A stretch of 63,829 bases of DNA, taken from positions 1 through 63,829 of the IMG/VR virus record IMGVR_UViG_3300025875_000017; one strand, 5' to 3'. The notes under the pieces were generated by a model. That model did not search any database. It was given only the letters and a program-made list of their open reading frames with translations, and was not told the DNA's origin. Position numbers and translations under genes: made by a program. Shown here in pieces: positions 45,054 through 53,744 of this stretch. Every line of letters starts with the position of its first letter. Within the stretch, counting starts at the first letter, position 1. This stretch comes from a virus. Lineage: Duplodnaviria > Caudoviricetes.

Positions 45054-45680
45054 TTACCGACGAACGGTCCGCTTGATCCGCTCCTTGGCCTGAGCCTTGC
45101 CCCAGCCCAGTCCCCAAGCTGGCCAGTAGGTGAGGGGCAGTCGCCCCCGACCCTGTTTGATCGCGAGCTCGCTCGGGCGGGGGGAGCTCAGCAAAGCCGC
45201 GGCTCTGTCGGCCAGTTTTAGGTGGCCGAGGGCCGTCGGATGGATACCGTCCGGCTGCATCAAGCGGGCGCCATGCAACTCGGCGTCGACCACGAGCAAC
45301 CCGTGCCGCTCAGCGACTTCTCGCACTTCCGCGGTCGCGGCCTCGGAGTAGGGAACCGTGAGCACGAGCACTCGATCGCAGCAGTCGACGAAGCGCGCGG
45401 CAGCAAAGTCGAGGTTGCGCTTGAGCTTTGAAAGGTCCAGTCCCAGATAGGCGTCGTTGGTGCCCATGTTGAAAGCGCCGACTTCGTACTTCCCCGAGAC
45501 GCGAGGGAGTAACTCGCGCACGATGTCGTCGGACGTCGCGCCGCCTCGGGCGAAGCGCATGTAGGAAAGCCCCATTGCGTCTGCAACCCATTGCGCCCAC
45601 GACAGCGACGGCACCCGCGCCATCGAATTGGCGTGACCGTTCACGATGCTGTCGCCCACGGCCAGTAAGCCCCCGCTCAT
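45054..45680 (-). CDS. standalone SGNH/GDSL hydrolase
   Basis: VGDSI, ARGGAT, MGTND, DGIHP. Confidence 0.9.
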   Translation of the reverse strand: MSGGLLAVGDSIVNGHANSMARVPSLSWAQWVADAMGLSYMRFARGGATSDDIVRELLPRVSGKYEVGAFNMGTNDAYLGLDLSKLKRNLDFAAARFVDCCDRVLVLTVPYSEAATAEVREVAERHGLLVVDAELHGARLMQPDGIHPTALGHLKLADRAAALLSSPRPSELAIKQGRGRLPLTYWPAWGLGWGKAQAKERIKRTVRR

Positions 45681-45751
45681 GCGAGGACCTTATCGGGCTC
45701 CAGCGTCCCTATCCGTCCGCTGGCACTGAGGGGGCGCTACGTCCCACCGAT

Positions 45752-45795
45752 ACTAGCCCCGCCCGCTGCCTTAACTGGTGGCGGGCGGGGCTAGT
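45752..45795. terminator. 19-bp hairpin, probable terminator
   Basis: ACTAGCCCCGCCCGCTGCC-TTAACT-GGTGGCGGGCGGGGCTAGT. Confidence 0.7.
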
Positions 45796-45802
45796 TGCGT
45801 GT

Positions 45803-46048
45803 TCAGAACAAGATAATGAGCGCGACGACCCCGAACGTCGCCATGGCCCACCAATTGTTGTGGTGTACGGGCGGCACGGTGATGATGTGCGTTGGCTGGC
45901 ACACGCCCCCGTACACGGACAAGCCCGGGCCCTCACAGTACGTGTCCTGCGGGTCCATGACGGGGTGCGCGGACGCTGCACCAGCACCGCCCACGGTGAT
46001 CGCGGCGGCCGTGGTAGCGACGATGAGGGACTTGCGGAGCTTGGTCAC
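45803..46048 (-). CDS. small exported, C-terminally anchored protein
   Basis: Sec-type signal ending A-S-A; two Cys; C-terminal TM. Confidence 0.65.
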   Translation of the reverse strand: MTKLRKSLIVATTAAAITVGGAGAASAHPVMDPQDTYCEGPGLSVYGGVCQPTHIITVPPVHHNNWWAMATFGVVALIILF

Positions 46049-46248
46049 AGCTGACCATTCTCGGGCAGGTAGCCCAACTGCTCGGCGATGGCGAGAGCCT
46101 GTGCGGCGTACTCAAACTCGCGCACGTAGTCCGACACAAACGGCGCGCCCGTAAGACATAGCGTGGGCTTGCGACCGGGGGCTTCGATCAGCTCCCCGGA
46201 CCTAGTGGTGCTGGTGACGTGACGAAGGTGGGTGCGGGTCGTTGTCAT
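46045..46248 (-). CDS. hypothetical protein, leaderless
   Basis: ATG lies 6 nt after the -10 of the leftward promoter. Confidence 0.6.
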   Translation of the reverse strand: MTTTRTHLRHVTSTTRSGELIEAPGRKPTLCLTGAPFVSDYVREFEYAAQALAIAEQLGYLPENGQL

Positions 46249-46254
46249 GGGCCT

Positions 46255-46332
46255 AGCTTGACACACGTCCGACGTCAGTGCAAGAAAAGTTTGTCCGCGT
46301 GTCTTGCGCGGCGACTGCGGACCCGCTACGTT
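46255..46332. promoter_or_regulatory. divergent leaderless promoters (left TTGCAC-17-CAAGCT; right TTGCGC-17-TACGTT)
   Basis: Each -10 lies 6 nt from an ATG; inverted repeat GTCCGC/GCGGAC at 46293-46322. Confidence 0.65.
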
Positions 46333-46338
46333 CATCCC

Positions 46339-46530
46339 ATGAACACACCGAGCCGGCGGCTAGCCGACCACCTCATCGACGGGGGGCTAGACGCATTCGT
46401 GCACGCTCGACGAGCTGAGGGCATGAGTAATCGCAGCCTCACCGTCGCCATCTACTCCGCGACCCACGGCCAGGTCGACATCAGTGAGACCACGGTTCGC
46501 GCATGGTACCCAATTAAGGAGGCAAACTGA
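46339..46530 (+). CDS. small HTH (Cro-like) protein
   Basis: RRAEGMSNRSLTVAI....GQVDISETTVRAW; first gene of the rightward early operon. Confidence 0.65.
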   Translation: MNTPSRRLADHLIDGGLDAFVHARRAEGMSNRSLTVAIYSATHGQVDISETTVRAWYPIKEAN

Positions 46531-46643
46531 TGGGTGACCTTGGCCCGATCCGTCGTCGCGTCGATTTGGAGCCGATCCCCGAGTCGGCGCCCGTTCCTGA
46601 GCGCGCCCCCGAGCCGCAGCGAATCCCGGAGCCGGTCCGATGA
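46530..46643 (+). CDS. 37-aa Pro/Glu-rich peptide
   Basis: Read manually: MGDLGPIRRRVDLEPIPESAPVPERAPEPQRIPEPVR; AAGGAGG RBS; coupled to both neighbours. Confidence 0.6.
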   Translation: MGDLGPIRRRVDLEPIPESAPVPERAPEPQRIPEPVR

Positions 46644-47455
46644 GCAACGGCGGTCTCAGTGGATACGGCAATGGTGGCTGGATCACGCCGCACTCCCAGT
46701 GGGCAAACGCAGTGCGCGCTTTGTCAACTTTGCCAGGGGGGACCACATCAACGCCCGCTAAGTCTAACGACTTCGCTGGTGCTCCGTTCGATTTCGCACT
46801 CGGTGAAGTTTACGGCATGCGTATGTGGCACATGGACGGCTACGGGCGACTGAGGGCGCGCAACTGGAACCGCGCTAAGCCGTGGCGTCCCGGAATAAAT
46901 GTGGCTAAGTGTGAGGCCGAGTCGGCGAACACGTCGCTTGACGCAGCCGTTGATCCTTCGGGACGTGGTCGCAAAGCCGTCGAGGTTTCCGTTGATTACA
47001 CGTATAGCGGAACTAGCGAGTTTGCAGTCAAATGGGATGACGGCCAGGTTGAGCTACTCGCCAAGCTGGAGTTTGCCACTCGCAATTTCGACCATGACAC
47101 CCCGTCCGAGGACTGCCAGTGTGGTTTTTACGCCTACACGGACAGCGTGCACGCCGAGGTTAAGTCACAAACCCGAAACGGCGTTGAGCCCGCCCTCGGC
47201 ATCATCAAAGGCACTGGTCGCACTCTGATCGGCACGAAGGGTTTTCGCTGCGAGAAGGCGGAGATCGTGGGGTTCCGCGACCCGACCCGTGGCGGCGCGA
47301 AGACCGATGTTTGGCGGGTGCAGCAACTCGCCAACCTGCGTCGCGTCTACCCTGACGTGCCGATCCTGGACAATCGTGCGGCGCTCCTAGAGTTCGCGCC
47401 GCTCACGAACACCCTGCCCGATCCGAGCACCGACGAGTTTTGGGAGCTGCCGTGA
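46640..47455 (+). CDS. hypothetical protein with HxxPxxxCxCGFYA motif
   Basis: G.R.W...L...N....W.PG...A.C; HDTPSEDCQCGFYAY; GFRCEKAEI. Confidence 0.7.
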   Translation: MSNGGLSGYGNGGWITPHSQWANAVRALSTLPGGTTSTPAKSNDFAGAPFDFALGEVYGMRMWHMDGYGRLRARNWNRAKPWRPGINVAKCEAESANTSLDAAVDPSGRGRKAVEVSVDYTYSGTSEFAVKWDDGQVELLAKLEFATRNFDHDTPSEDCQCGFYAYTDSVHAEVKSQTRNGVEPALGIIKGTGRTLIGTKGFRCEKAEIVGFRDPTRGGAKTDVWRVQQLANLRRVYPDVPILDNRAALLEFAPLTNTLPDPSTDEFWELP

Positions 47456-48147
47456 AGCACCGCGCGTGGGGCCGGCACAGCGACGAGAACGATCATCAGC
47501 CCGAGGACAAGCTGCGGCACTTGGAGCGCCGTTACTGGCAGGTGCACCCGGATACGCGGCCACTCCTGTCCCGGTCCGCGCCACCAACCATGCCGATCCG
47601 GGTCGTGGTCCTGTGATGTGGCTACTCGCCTGGCCCGTTCTGTCGGTCCCTGCTGCTCTACTCGTGTCAGGCATCATCCGGCTTCGCGACAAGATGGAGG
47701 CACCGTGAATGGCGAAGAAGTTAGCGTTCTGACCGACGAAGATGTTTGCGTTTTGTATGGGTCTTACAGAATGCGCGACTCGCTTCCGCCGGAGTGGTTA
47801 GTGGAGTGCTACCGAAGCGTCATGCGTCGCGCCTATCGAGCACGTAAGTCGGGGGCGCGACGTGGCTGACTGCATCGACGGCCACCGCAAGCATGACTGG
47901 GGCCGATGGGAACCCGTTTCGCTGCACGCTGAGGATTATCTCGCTGGACGTCAGCGCGCTGAGTGTCGCCGTTGTGGCAAGCCTCGGTGGTCCTGGTGAC
48001 CCCCGAGGCTCGCCTACTCCGCGCCAGTCTCGCGCTTGTCGCAACCTGCGCGCTCACTCTGTGGCTGATCCGCGAGGGTAGCCGCCTCGCCGCGTGGCTT
48101 GACCATTTCGACTGCTGCCCACACACCGACACGGAGGACGAAGACTG

Positions 48148-48594
48148 ATGGCTATTACACGCGAGCAGGTTGCCGACTTACAGCCTGGCGATGTCGTCCG
48201 CCTTATATGCGATGCATGGCCGGCCGGTGCTGCCTTAGAAGGCGCCGTAAGTCTTAACAAAAGCGACGTACTCATTGTGCGGTTGCCTGACCGCGACGGG
48301 CAGTACTGGTTGCGCCAGTCGGACGGCTCGGTTTTCGACGGAAAAAATCGGACCCTCACCGTCATTTCCCGCGCCCCGCGCACGCTTTACATAAACCACC
48401 CACGCACCGAGCCCCGCGCTGGGGACGTGGCTAAGGACGCGACTGGAACCGAGCCGTCAGGTCACACATGGCACTACCTCGGCGACGAGGAAGATGGTTA
48501 TTACTGGTGGCGTTTCGATGACCGCATGCGCAATGGACAGCCAAAGGTCATGCGCCTTTTGATCGACGGTGAAATCGGCGAGGTTGTCCCGTGA
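48148..48594 (+). CDS. hypothetical protein
   Basis: GGAGG RBS; TGATG overlap. Confidence 0.65.
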   Translation: MAITREQVADLQPGDVVRLICDAWPAGAALEGAVSLNKSDVLIVRLPDRDGQYWLRQSDGSVFDGKNRTLTVISRAPRTLYINHPRTEPRAGDVAKDATGTEPSGHTWHYLGDEEDGYYWWRFDDRMRNGQPKVMRLLIDGEIGEVVP

Positions 48595-48836
48595 TCGCGA
48601 ACAAGCCAATTCCCGTTACTATTGTCCGGCCCCGCGATCCAGTCAGCACCATTGTAGTTTCACTCAGCCGAGCGTTTCTCAGCTCCTATTTTTTGATGCT
48701 TATCCTGGGGGTGTTGACCACCTGGCATGTTAGCTACTGGCATTCAGTGCTAATCGTTCTCGGTGCTGGTTTATTGCGCGGCGACATCGCGTACTTGTCT
48801 TGGTCACGCGCCGGCAAAAAGGACGATGCGGCATGA
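48591..48836 (+). CDS. two-TM membrane protein
   Basis: Hydrophobic pair; GTGA overlap. Confidence 0.6.
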   Translation: MIANKPIPVTIVRPRDPVSTIVVSLSRAFLSSYFLMLILGVLTTWHVSYWHSVLIVLGAGLLRGDIAYLSWSRAGKKDDAA

Positions 48837-49315
48837 CCCCCCGCACGGTCGCTGATGTCTTGGATGCGACGGCCACATATCTCGCGCAGCCCGACACCGC
48901 GTGGCAGCGGTACAGCCCAGATTTTGAGAATACGAGTACCTGGCGGCGATCAGTAAGCGGAGCCATTGCTGGACAACTGGCACCAGCGGATGTGTGGGGT
49001 AACCCAATGGAACTGACTGCTCTCCGCCAGACCGCCGATCTGGCCGCCGAAACCGTTGATTTTCTCGCCCACTACCTCATCGACTACGTAGGTGATCACG
49101 CCGTGTGGACGGGCGACGACGAGCAGTACCCGATGGAACTGGACCCCGTGGAAACGATCCTGTCGTGGGAGACGGACGCAGTGCCTGGATGCAAGCTGCC
49201 CGAGGCGGCCGACGTGCAGGCCGTGCTCACAGCGGCGGCAGTTAACTATCGGATGCGCGCGGCCGCTAGGGCCGAGCGTGAGGCGCTGGTCGAGAGGGAT
49301 GGGTGCGAGGCGTGA
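48833..49315 (+). CDS. hypothetical protein (DUF6197-like pattern)
   Basis: VADVLDATA.YL...W.R...SVSGAI...W...V.AVL.AAA. Confidence 0.55.
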   Translation: MTPRTVADVLDATATYLAQPDTAWQRYSPDFENTSTWRRSVSGAIAGQLAPADVWGNPMELTALRQTADLAAETVDFLAHYLIDYVGDHAVWTGDDEQYPMELDPVETILSWETDAVPGCKLPEAADVQAVLTAAAVNYRMRAAARAEREALVERDGCEA

Positions 49316-49566
49316 ACGTACGTGACGAAATGGCCAAAGCGTTGAGTAACTGGGCAGCGGAAGAAGGATTTCCCGGTCTGAGCTATGGCCCGTACGCCGA
49401 CGCGATCATCGCGGCCGGTGTCGTAAAGCGGGCCGAAAAACACGCCGCCGCCGACGAGCTAGAGCGGTGCGCTGCGGAAGTTCGCGAACACCATGGCACG
49501 GCGAGCTCGGTCGCCAAGCGATTCGAAGCTGCCGCCATTGCTCTCCGAGCCGAAGCTAACCCGTGA
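49312..49566 (+). CDS. hypothetical protein
   Basis: Operon packing. Confidence 0.55.
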   Translation: MNVRDEMAKALSNWAAEEGFPGLSYGPYADAIIAAGVVKRAEKHAAADELERCAAEVREHHGTASSVAKRFEAAAIALRAEANP

Positions 49567-49738
49567 CCCGTTACGTCGCCACGCACGCGGACCCGCTGAC
49601 CACGGTCATACGCCGTACCCGCTGGTATCCGCAACGCCAGTACGGGTGCGGCTGCGAATCCGCCCGACTCTGCCAGCAGCACTCGGCTATCCGCGCCGCT
49701 GAACATTACGACCCGACGCTCATACCGGAGGACGCACG

Positions 49739-50509
49739 ATGAGCTTGACGTTCAATGCGAAGACGCACCGCTACCGCATGGACAAGCAGCATGTGTCAGG
49801 CGTGACCACGGTCCTTGGTAAGGCGATTCCGAAGGATGCGCTCAAGTTTTGGGCGGCCCGCACCGTAGCTGAGTACGTGCACGAGCACGAGGACGATGTG
49901 GCCGCGTTGCGGGCGATGGGTGGCCGCAAGCTCGTGGAGGTGCTTAAGCAGGTTCCATTCGACAAGCGGGACGATGCGGCGCAGCGCGGCACCGATATCC
50001 ACGAGATCGCCGAGGATCTTGTGTGGGGCCGTGAGGTTGACGTGCCCGAGGGCCTGGTGGACATCGCTGCCGACTTTGCCCGTTTCCTGGACGACTGGTC
50101 CGTGGAGCCGATCCTCACGGAAAAGTCAGTGGGCAACCGTAGCCTTTGGTACGCGGGCCGGTTTGACTTCATCGGCCGCGTCGGGGGAGTGTTCGGAGGG
50201 CAGGTGACTTGCTTGGATTGGAAGTCTAGCAAGGGCGTGTACGCGGAGACCGCGCTACAGACCGCCGCCTACGCCCGCGCCGAGTTCTACGTTACCGACG
50301 ATGACCCGGAGGAGGAGCTGCCGTTGCCGGAAGTTGAACGGCTGGGTGTCGTGCACCTGACGCCCGATGGGGTCCGAGTCTACGACCTGGGCGACCCCGA
50401 CGAGCATTTCAAGCTTTTCAGGCACATTGCCTATGCGGCACAGCGCCTGCCGAAGATGGACGATCTTGTCAAGGTCCCTGCACCGAACCCCACGGAGGAT
50501 GCACAGTGA
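49739..50509 (+). CDS. RecE/Cas4-like PD-(D/E)XK exonuclease
   Basis: SGVTTVLG, RGTDIH, E......YAGRFD, LDWKS, LQTAAY. Confidence 0.85.
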   Translation: MSLTFNAKTHRYRMDKQHVSGVTTVLGKAIPKDALKFWAARTVAEYVHEHEDDVAALRAMGGRKLVEVLKQVPFDKRDDAAQRGTDIHEIAEDLVWGREVDVPEGLVDIAADFARFLDDWSVEPILTEKSVGNRSLWYAGRFDFIGRVGGVFGGQVTCLDWKSSKGVYAETALQTAAYARAEFYVTDDDPEEELPLPEVERLGVVHLTPDGVRVYDLGDPDEHFKLFRHIAYAAQRLPKMDDLVKVPAPNPTEDAQ

Positions 50510-50742
50510 GCGAGCCCGTTAACTTTACGTCGTCCATCGACTTGCCCGATGGACGCAGTATTTACGTTTCCGTCGCAGTCCCCGCTGATCACGCCGCCGG
50601 ACTGAGCTGGGAATACACCGCCGAGAATGCTGAGATCGCTCAAATGGCGGTGGCGCAGGTGCTGCGGCTTATGCTGCGCGGCGATAAGTCACGCGCAGAG
50701 CGTGCCGCCGAGGACGCCGAAGATAATGAGGTGGCTTTCTGA
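50506..50742 (+). CDS. hypothetical protein
   Basis: GGAGG RBS; overlaps both neighbours. Confidence 0.6.
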   Translation: MSEPVNFTSSIDLPDGRSIYVSVAVPADHAAGLSWEYTAENAEIAQMAVAQVLRLMLRGDKSRAERAAEDAEDNEVAF

Positions 50743-51677
50743 TGACTGAAGTCGAGCAGTATCAGCAGCCCGCCGAGCTGGCCGTAGCCGATCCTACGGG
50801 TGGCCGTCTCGTCGCCTGGGCTGGCGCTGGCCGTGCCGCGTATGAGATAGCGCGTGCTATCGCGGACACCGATTTTATCCCTAAGCATTTCAAGGGCAAG
50901 CCAGGGGACATCATGGCCGCGCTCATGCTTTCGGATGAGCTGCGGTTGCCGCCCGTTTCGGGCCTGCGATCCATCTACGTGATCAGCGGAACGCCCGCGT
51001 TGTACGCGCGGACGATGGTCGCGTTGGCGATGCAGCACGGGCACGAGGTGTGGACGGAAATGTCCACGGACGCCGAGGTCGTGGTGTGCGGTAAGCGCAA
51101 GGGCAGCGAACACGTCGAGCGAGCAAGCTGGACAACGGCCCGTGCGCGGAAGGCCGGGTACACCAGCAACCGCAAGTACGATACCGATCCTCAGTCGATG
51201 CTCTATAGCAAGGCCGCCGCTGAGGTTGCCCGCAAGATCGCACCCGACGTACTTTCCGGCGTGCCGTACTCCGTGGAGGACTTGGAGTTGGAGCAGCCGG
51301 AGCCAGCTGCCCGGGTGTCCCGCCGGCAGCCCGTGAAGCGGGAGACGCCGACGGTCCCGGAGCCCGAGTTTGATGAGCCGGCTCCAGCCCCAGAGCCGGT
51401 GGCTGTCCCCGCCGAAACCATGATCACCCGCGCTCAATCCGGGAAGCTCCACGCCCTCCTCAAGGAATGCGGCATCACCGACCGCGAGGTTGGTTTGGCC
51501 TACGTGAGCCAGGTGATTGACCGGAAGATCGAGTCAACGAACGAGCTAACGAAGGCGGAGGCGTCGCGGGCTATCGACCAGATTGAGAAGGAGAAGGAAC
51601 CCGCCGAGCCTGAGCCTGAGCCGTCCGAGGCGTGGCCGGCGGTCGCTGGGGCCGAGCAGCAGGAAATTGGATCATGA
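50742..51677 (+). CDS. RecT-like single-strand annealing protein
   Basis: FIPKHFKGKPGD..AA....EL.L.P..GLRSIYVI.GTPAL; WT..RARKAG; P..ML...A. Confidence 0.8.
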   Translation: MTEVEQYQQPAELAVADPTGGRLVAWAGAGRAAYEIARAIADTDFIPKHFKGKPGDIMAALMLSDELRLPPVSGLRSIYVISGTPALYARTMVALAMQHGHEVWTEMSTDAEVVVCGKRKGSEHVERASWTTARARKAGYTSNRKYDTDPQSMLYSKAAAEVARKIAPDVLSGVPYSVEDLELEQPEPAARVSRRQPVKRETPTVPEPEFDEPAPAPEPVAVPAETMITRAQSGKLHALLKECGITDREVGLAYVSQVIDRKIESTNELTKAEASRAIDQIEKEKEPAEPEPEPSEAWPAVAGAEQQEIGS

Positions 51678-51889
51678 GCGGGCCGCGGTACGTGTTCGTG
51701 CTCGGCTACGGCGTAACTATCGGCAACCCCGACGACCCGTGGGGGATTACTCTTTACCAGCGGCGCGTAGTTGAAAACCGCGACCACGCCGATGAGCTTT
51801 GTGAGCAGGCCAAGCGTGAGGGGCACGTTGAAGCTGACGTGTACATGCTCATCCCCCCGGATACGTTTCCTAATGGCGGTCGTGACTGA
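51674..51889 (+). CDS. hypothetical protein
   Basis: ATGA overlap. Confidence 0.55.
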   Translation: MSGPRYVFVLGYGVTIGNPDDPWGITLYQRRVVENRDHADELCEQAKREGHVEADVYMLIPPDTFPNGGRD

Positions 51890-52175
51890 GGCGGCGTTTC
51901 AGCGCGCCGTCCTGGACCTAGCCGCCTGGCACGGCTACACGCTGGTCTTCCACGACAACGATCCGCGCCGTAACCGCCGTGGGTTTCCAGACTTGGTGCT
52001 GCTGCGGGAGCGTGACGGCCGGCTGCTGTTCGCTGAGTTGAAGTCCGCGACGGGCAAGGTACGTCCGGAGCAGGCGCGGTGGCTGGCGGCGTTGCAGTAC
52101 GGGGGGGCGCTCGCGTTCCTGTGGCGGCCAGCCGACTTGGAGGACGGTACGATCGGCCGCGTGCTGGCGGAGTGA
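51882..52175 (+). CDS. VRR-NUC domain nuclease
   Basis: E..FQ..V...GFPDLVL...LFAELKS..G.V..EQ..W...WRP.D. Confidence 0.9.
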   Translation: MTEAAFQRAVLDLAAWHGYTLVFHDNDPRRNRRGFPDLVLLRERDGRLLFAELKSATGKVRPEQARWLAALQYGGALAFLWRPADLEDGTIGRVLAE

Positions 52176-52177
52176 GG

Positions 52178-52217
52178 GCTGCCCGGGTTGGCTTCGGCTG
52201 GCCCGGGCAGCTTTTTT
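52178..52217 (+). terminator. intrinsic terminator
   Basis: GCTGCCCGGGTTGGC-TTCG-GCTGGCCCGGGCAGC followed by T6. Confidence 0.85.
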
Positions 52218-52229
52218 GGCGTAGCCCTC

Positions 52230-52259
52230 TTGCACATTTGGACTACAGGGTTGTAGTCT
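52230..52259 (+). promoter_or_regulatory. leaderless promoter TTGCAC-18-TAGTCT with palindrome GACTACA-N4-TGTAGTC
   Basis: Palindrome at 52241-52258 overlaps the -10; ATG at 52266. Confidence 0.7.
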
Positions 52260-52265
52260 CATGAC

Positions 52266-52442
52266 ATGACCTCGCAGCGCACAATAAAGGTTCGCGTTCC
52301 CGTCACGGTGGAGATTGACCTTGACGCTTATCGCACCGAGTTCGGTTTGGAGAGCGTCGGCGAGGTCCGCGAAGACGTCAAGCGCTACATCGCCAGCAGT
52401 GTTCAGCAGCACCTTGACTCACTCGGGCTGCTGGCCGAGTGA
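52266..52442 (+). CDS. 58-aa hypothetical protein, leaderless
   Basis: Read manually: MTSQRTIKVRVPVTVEIDLDAYRTEFG... Confidence 0.65.
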   Translation: MTSQRTIKVRVPVTVEIDLDAYRTEFGLESVGEVREDVKRYIASSVQQHLDSLGLLAE

Positions 52443-52468
52443 AAGTAGACCACGACCAGGGAGACGCG

Positions 52469-52663
52469 ATGAAGACCACTGTCCAGACAATCCGCCAGCG
52501 CCTAAATGCCATGCATGCCGAGCTCTACGACATCGCAGAGTGTGCCGAGGACATCGGTTGGCTCGCCGTCCTCCATCCACTGGAAGCAGCTCTCGGTCGA
52601 ATCGAAAATGCCACTACTGCCGCCGAGCAGTACGAAGGCGGACAGCTTGAGGCTCGTGACTAA
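52469..52663 (+). CDS. hypothetical protein
   Basis: GGGAG RBS. Confidence 0.55.
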   Translation: MKTTVQTIRQRLNAMHAELYDIAECAEDIGWLAVLHPLEAALGRIENATTAAEQYEGGQLEARD

Positions 52664-52886
52664 TCTCGCCCCCCCGCCCCTCACCACCTTAGGCGTCACC
52701 TACCGCCAACTAGACCACTGGTGTAGGCGCGGCTACCTGCACCCCGCCAACGGACACCCGGGCAGTGGCAATCGCCGCACCTGGACCGATAGCGAGCTAG
52801 CCGTAGCACACCGCATGGCCCAGCATGTACGCAACGGCATGTACCCGCGAGCAGCCGCACAGCTCGCACGACAGGAGGAACAGTGA
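52656..52886 (+). CDS. MerR-like HTH protein
   Basis: GVTYRQLDHWCRRGYL.P....GSG.RR.W. Confidence 0.85.
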   Translation: MTNLAPPPLTTLGVTYRQLDHWCRRGYLHPANGHPGSGNRRTWTDSELAVAHRMAQHVRNGMYPRAAAQLARQEEQ

Positions 52887-53110
52887 CCACGTACAACAAC
52901 CGCAGCGACGCGAGCGACGCCGAGTTCCAGGCGTTGGACGAGCGCGAGTACGACGAGCCCACCGTTGAGCGGGTCGCGGCGGCACTAGAAGCTGTCGCCG
53001 TCCGCGACCTCGGCCCCGATGGTGCGTTTCCGATGGAAGACTACGCCCGTGCCGCTATCGACGCGATGAAGTCCACCCGCACCCCCACGAGCGAGGAGAC
53101 GAACCGATGA
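52883..53110 (+). CDS. hypothetical protein
   Basis: AGGAGG RBS. Confidence 0.6.
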   Translation: MTTYNNRSDASDAEFQALDEREYDEPTVERVAAALEAVAVRDLGPDGAFPMEDYARAAIDAMKSTRTPTSEETNR

Positions 53111-53517
53111 GTACCCGACGCACCGTCACGGTCGCCAGCCCGATCGGCGCCCGCACCGAACTCACTCCCGCGGCCGACCAACTGCTGCGGGACCTGGAGG
53201 CCCGCGTCTACCTCGCCCGTCAGTGCTGGCTCGTCGCAGCACCGCGCGGCCGTAACGCCGTCGTCGTCCCGGTCGACTACAGCCACGTCCCGGAGCGGCT
53301 GCGCACCGTCAACGACGGCACGGCCTATGAGCTCGCCCGGTACGGCCTTGTCGACCTCGGCGACTGGCAGGACGCTCCCCGGTACGCCTGGCGCTCACCC
53401 ACCGACCGCAACCGCGGCCGCACCATCACGCCCACTCAGCTCGGCCGGCAGCGCCTCAGCGAGCTGGCGCTGCAGCTCGAAGCCGACAACATCCGCGCCC
53501 AGGCAGCCACCCCGTGA
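53107..53517 (+). CDS. hypothetical protein
   Basis: GAGGAG RBS; strongly GC3-biased codons. Confidence 0.65.
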   Translation: MSTRRTVTVASPIGARTELTPAADQLLRDLEARVYLARQCWLVAAPRGRNAVVVPVDYSHVPERLRTVNDGTAYELARYGLVDLGDWQDAPRYAWRSPTDRNRGRTITPTQLGRQRLSELALQLEADNIRAQAATP

Positions 53518-53744
53518 CCGCCCCCGAGCAGGCGCAGAACAGCGGCCAGACCGGTGCTCAGATCACCGCTCAGCGCACGGACGTTCGGTCGTCTGGGGCG
53601 CGCGGTCGGGGCTGCTCGTGCGGTCACCCGGCGGCTGTGCACGCGCACTACCGCCCGGGTAGCGACTGCGGCTCGTGCTCGTGCTCGTGCCCTCGGCTGC
53701 GTCGGCGGCTGCTGGCCCGCGTGATCGGCCGGGTGCAGCGATGA
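53514..53744 (+). CDS. small Cys/His-rich protein
   Basis: CSCGH...H.HYR.G.DC..C.C.C. Confidence 0.6.
   Translation: MTAPEQAQNSGQTGAQITAQRTDVRSSGARGRGCSCGHPAAVHAHYRPGSDCGSCSCSCPRLRRRLLARVIGRVQR

Noticed and set aside
49739-50509. Cas4 of a CRISPR system
   Set aside because: Its context beside a RecT-like gene indicates a phage recombination exonuclease, and there is no array.
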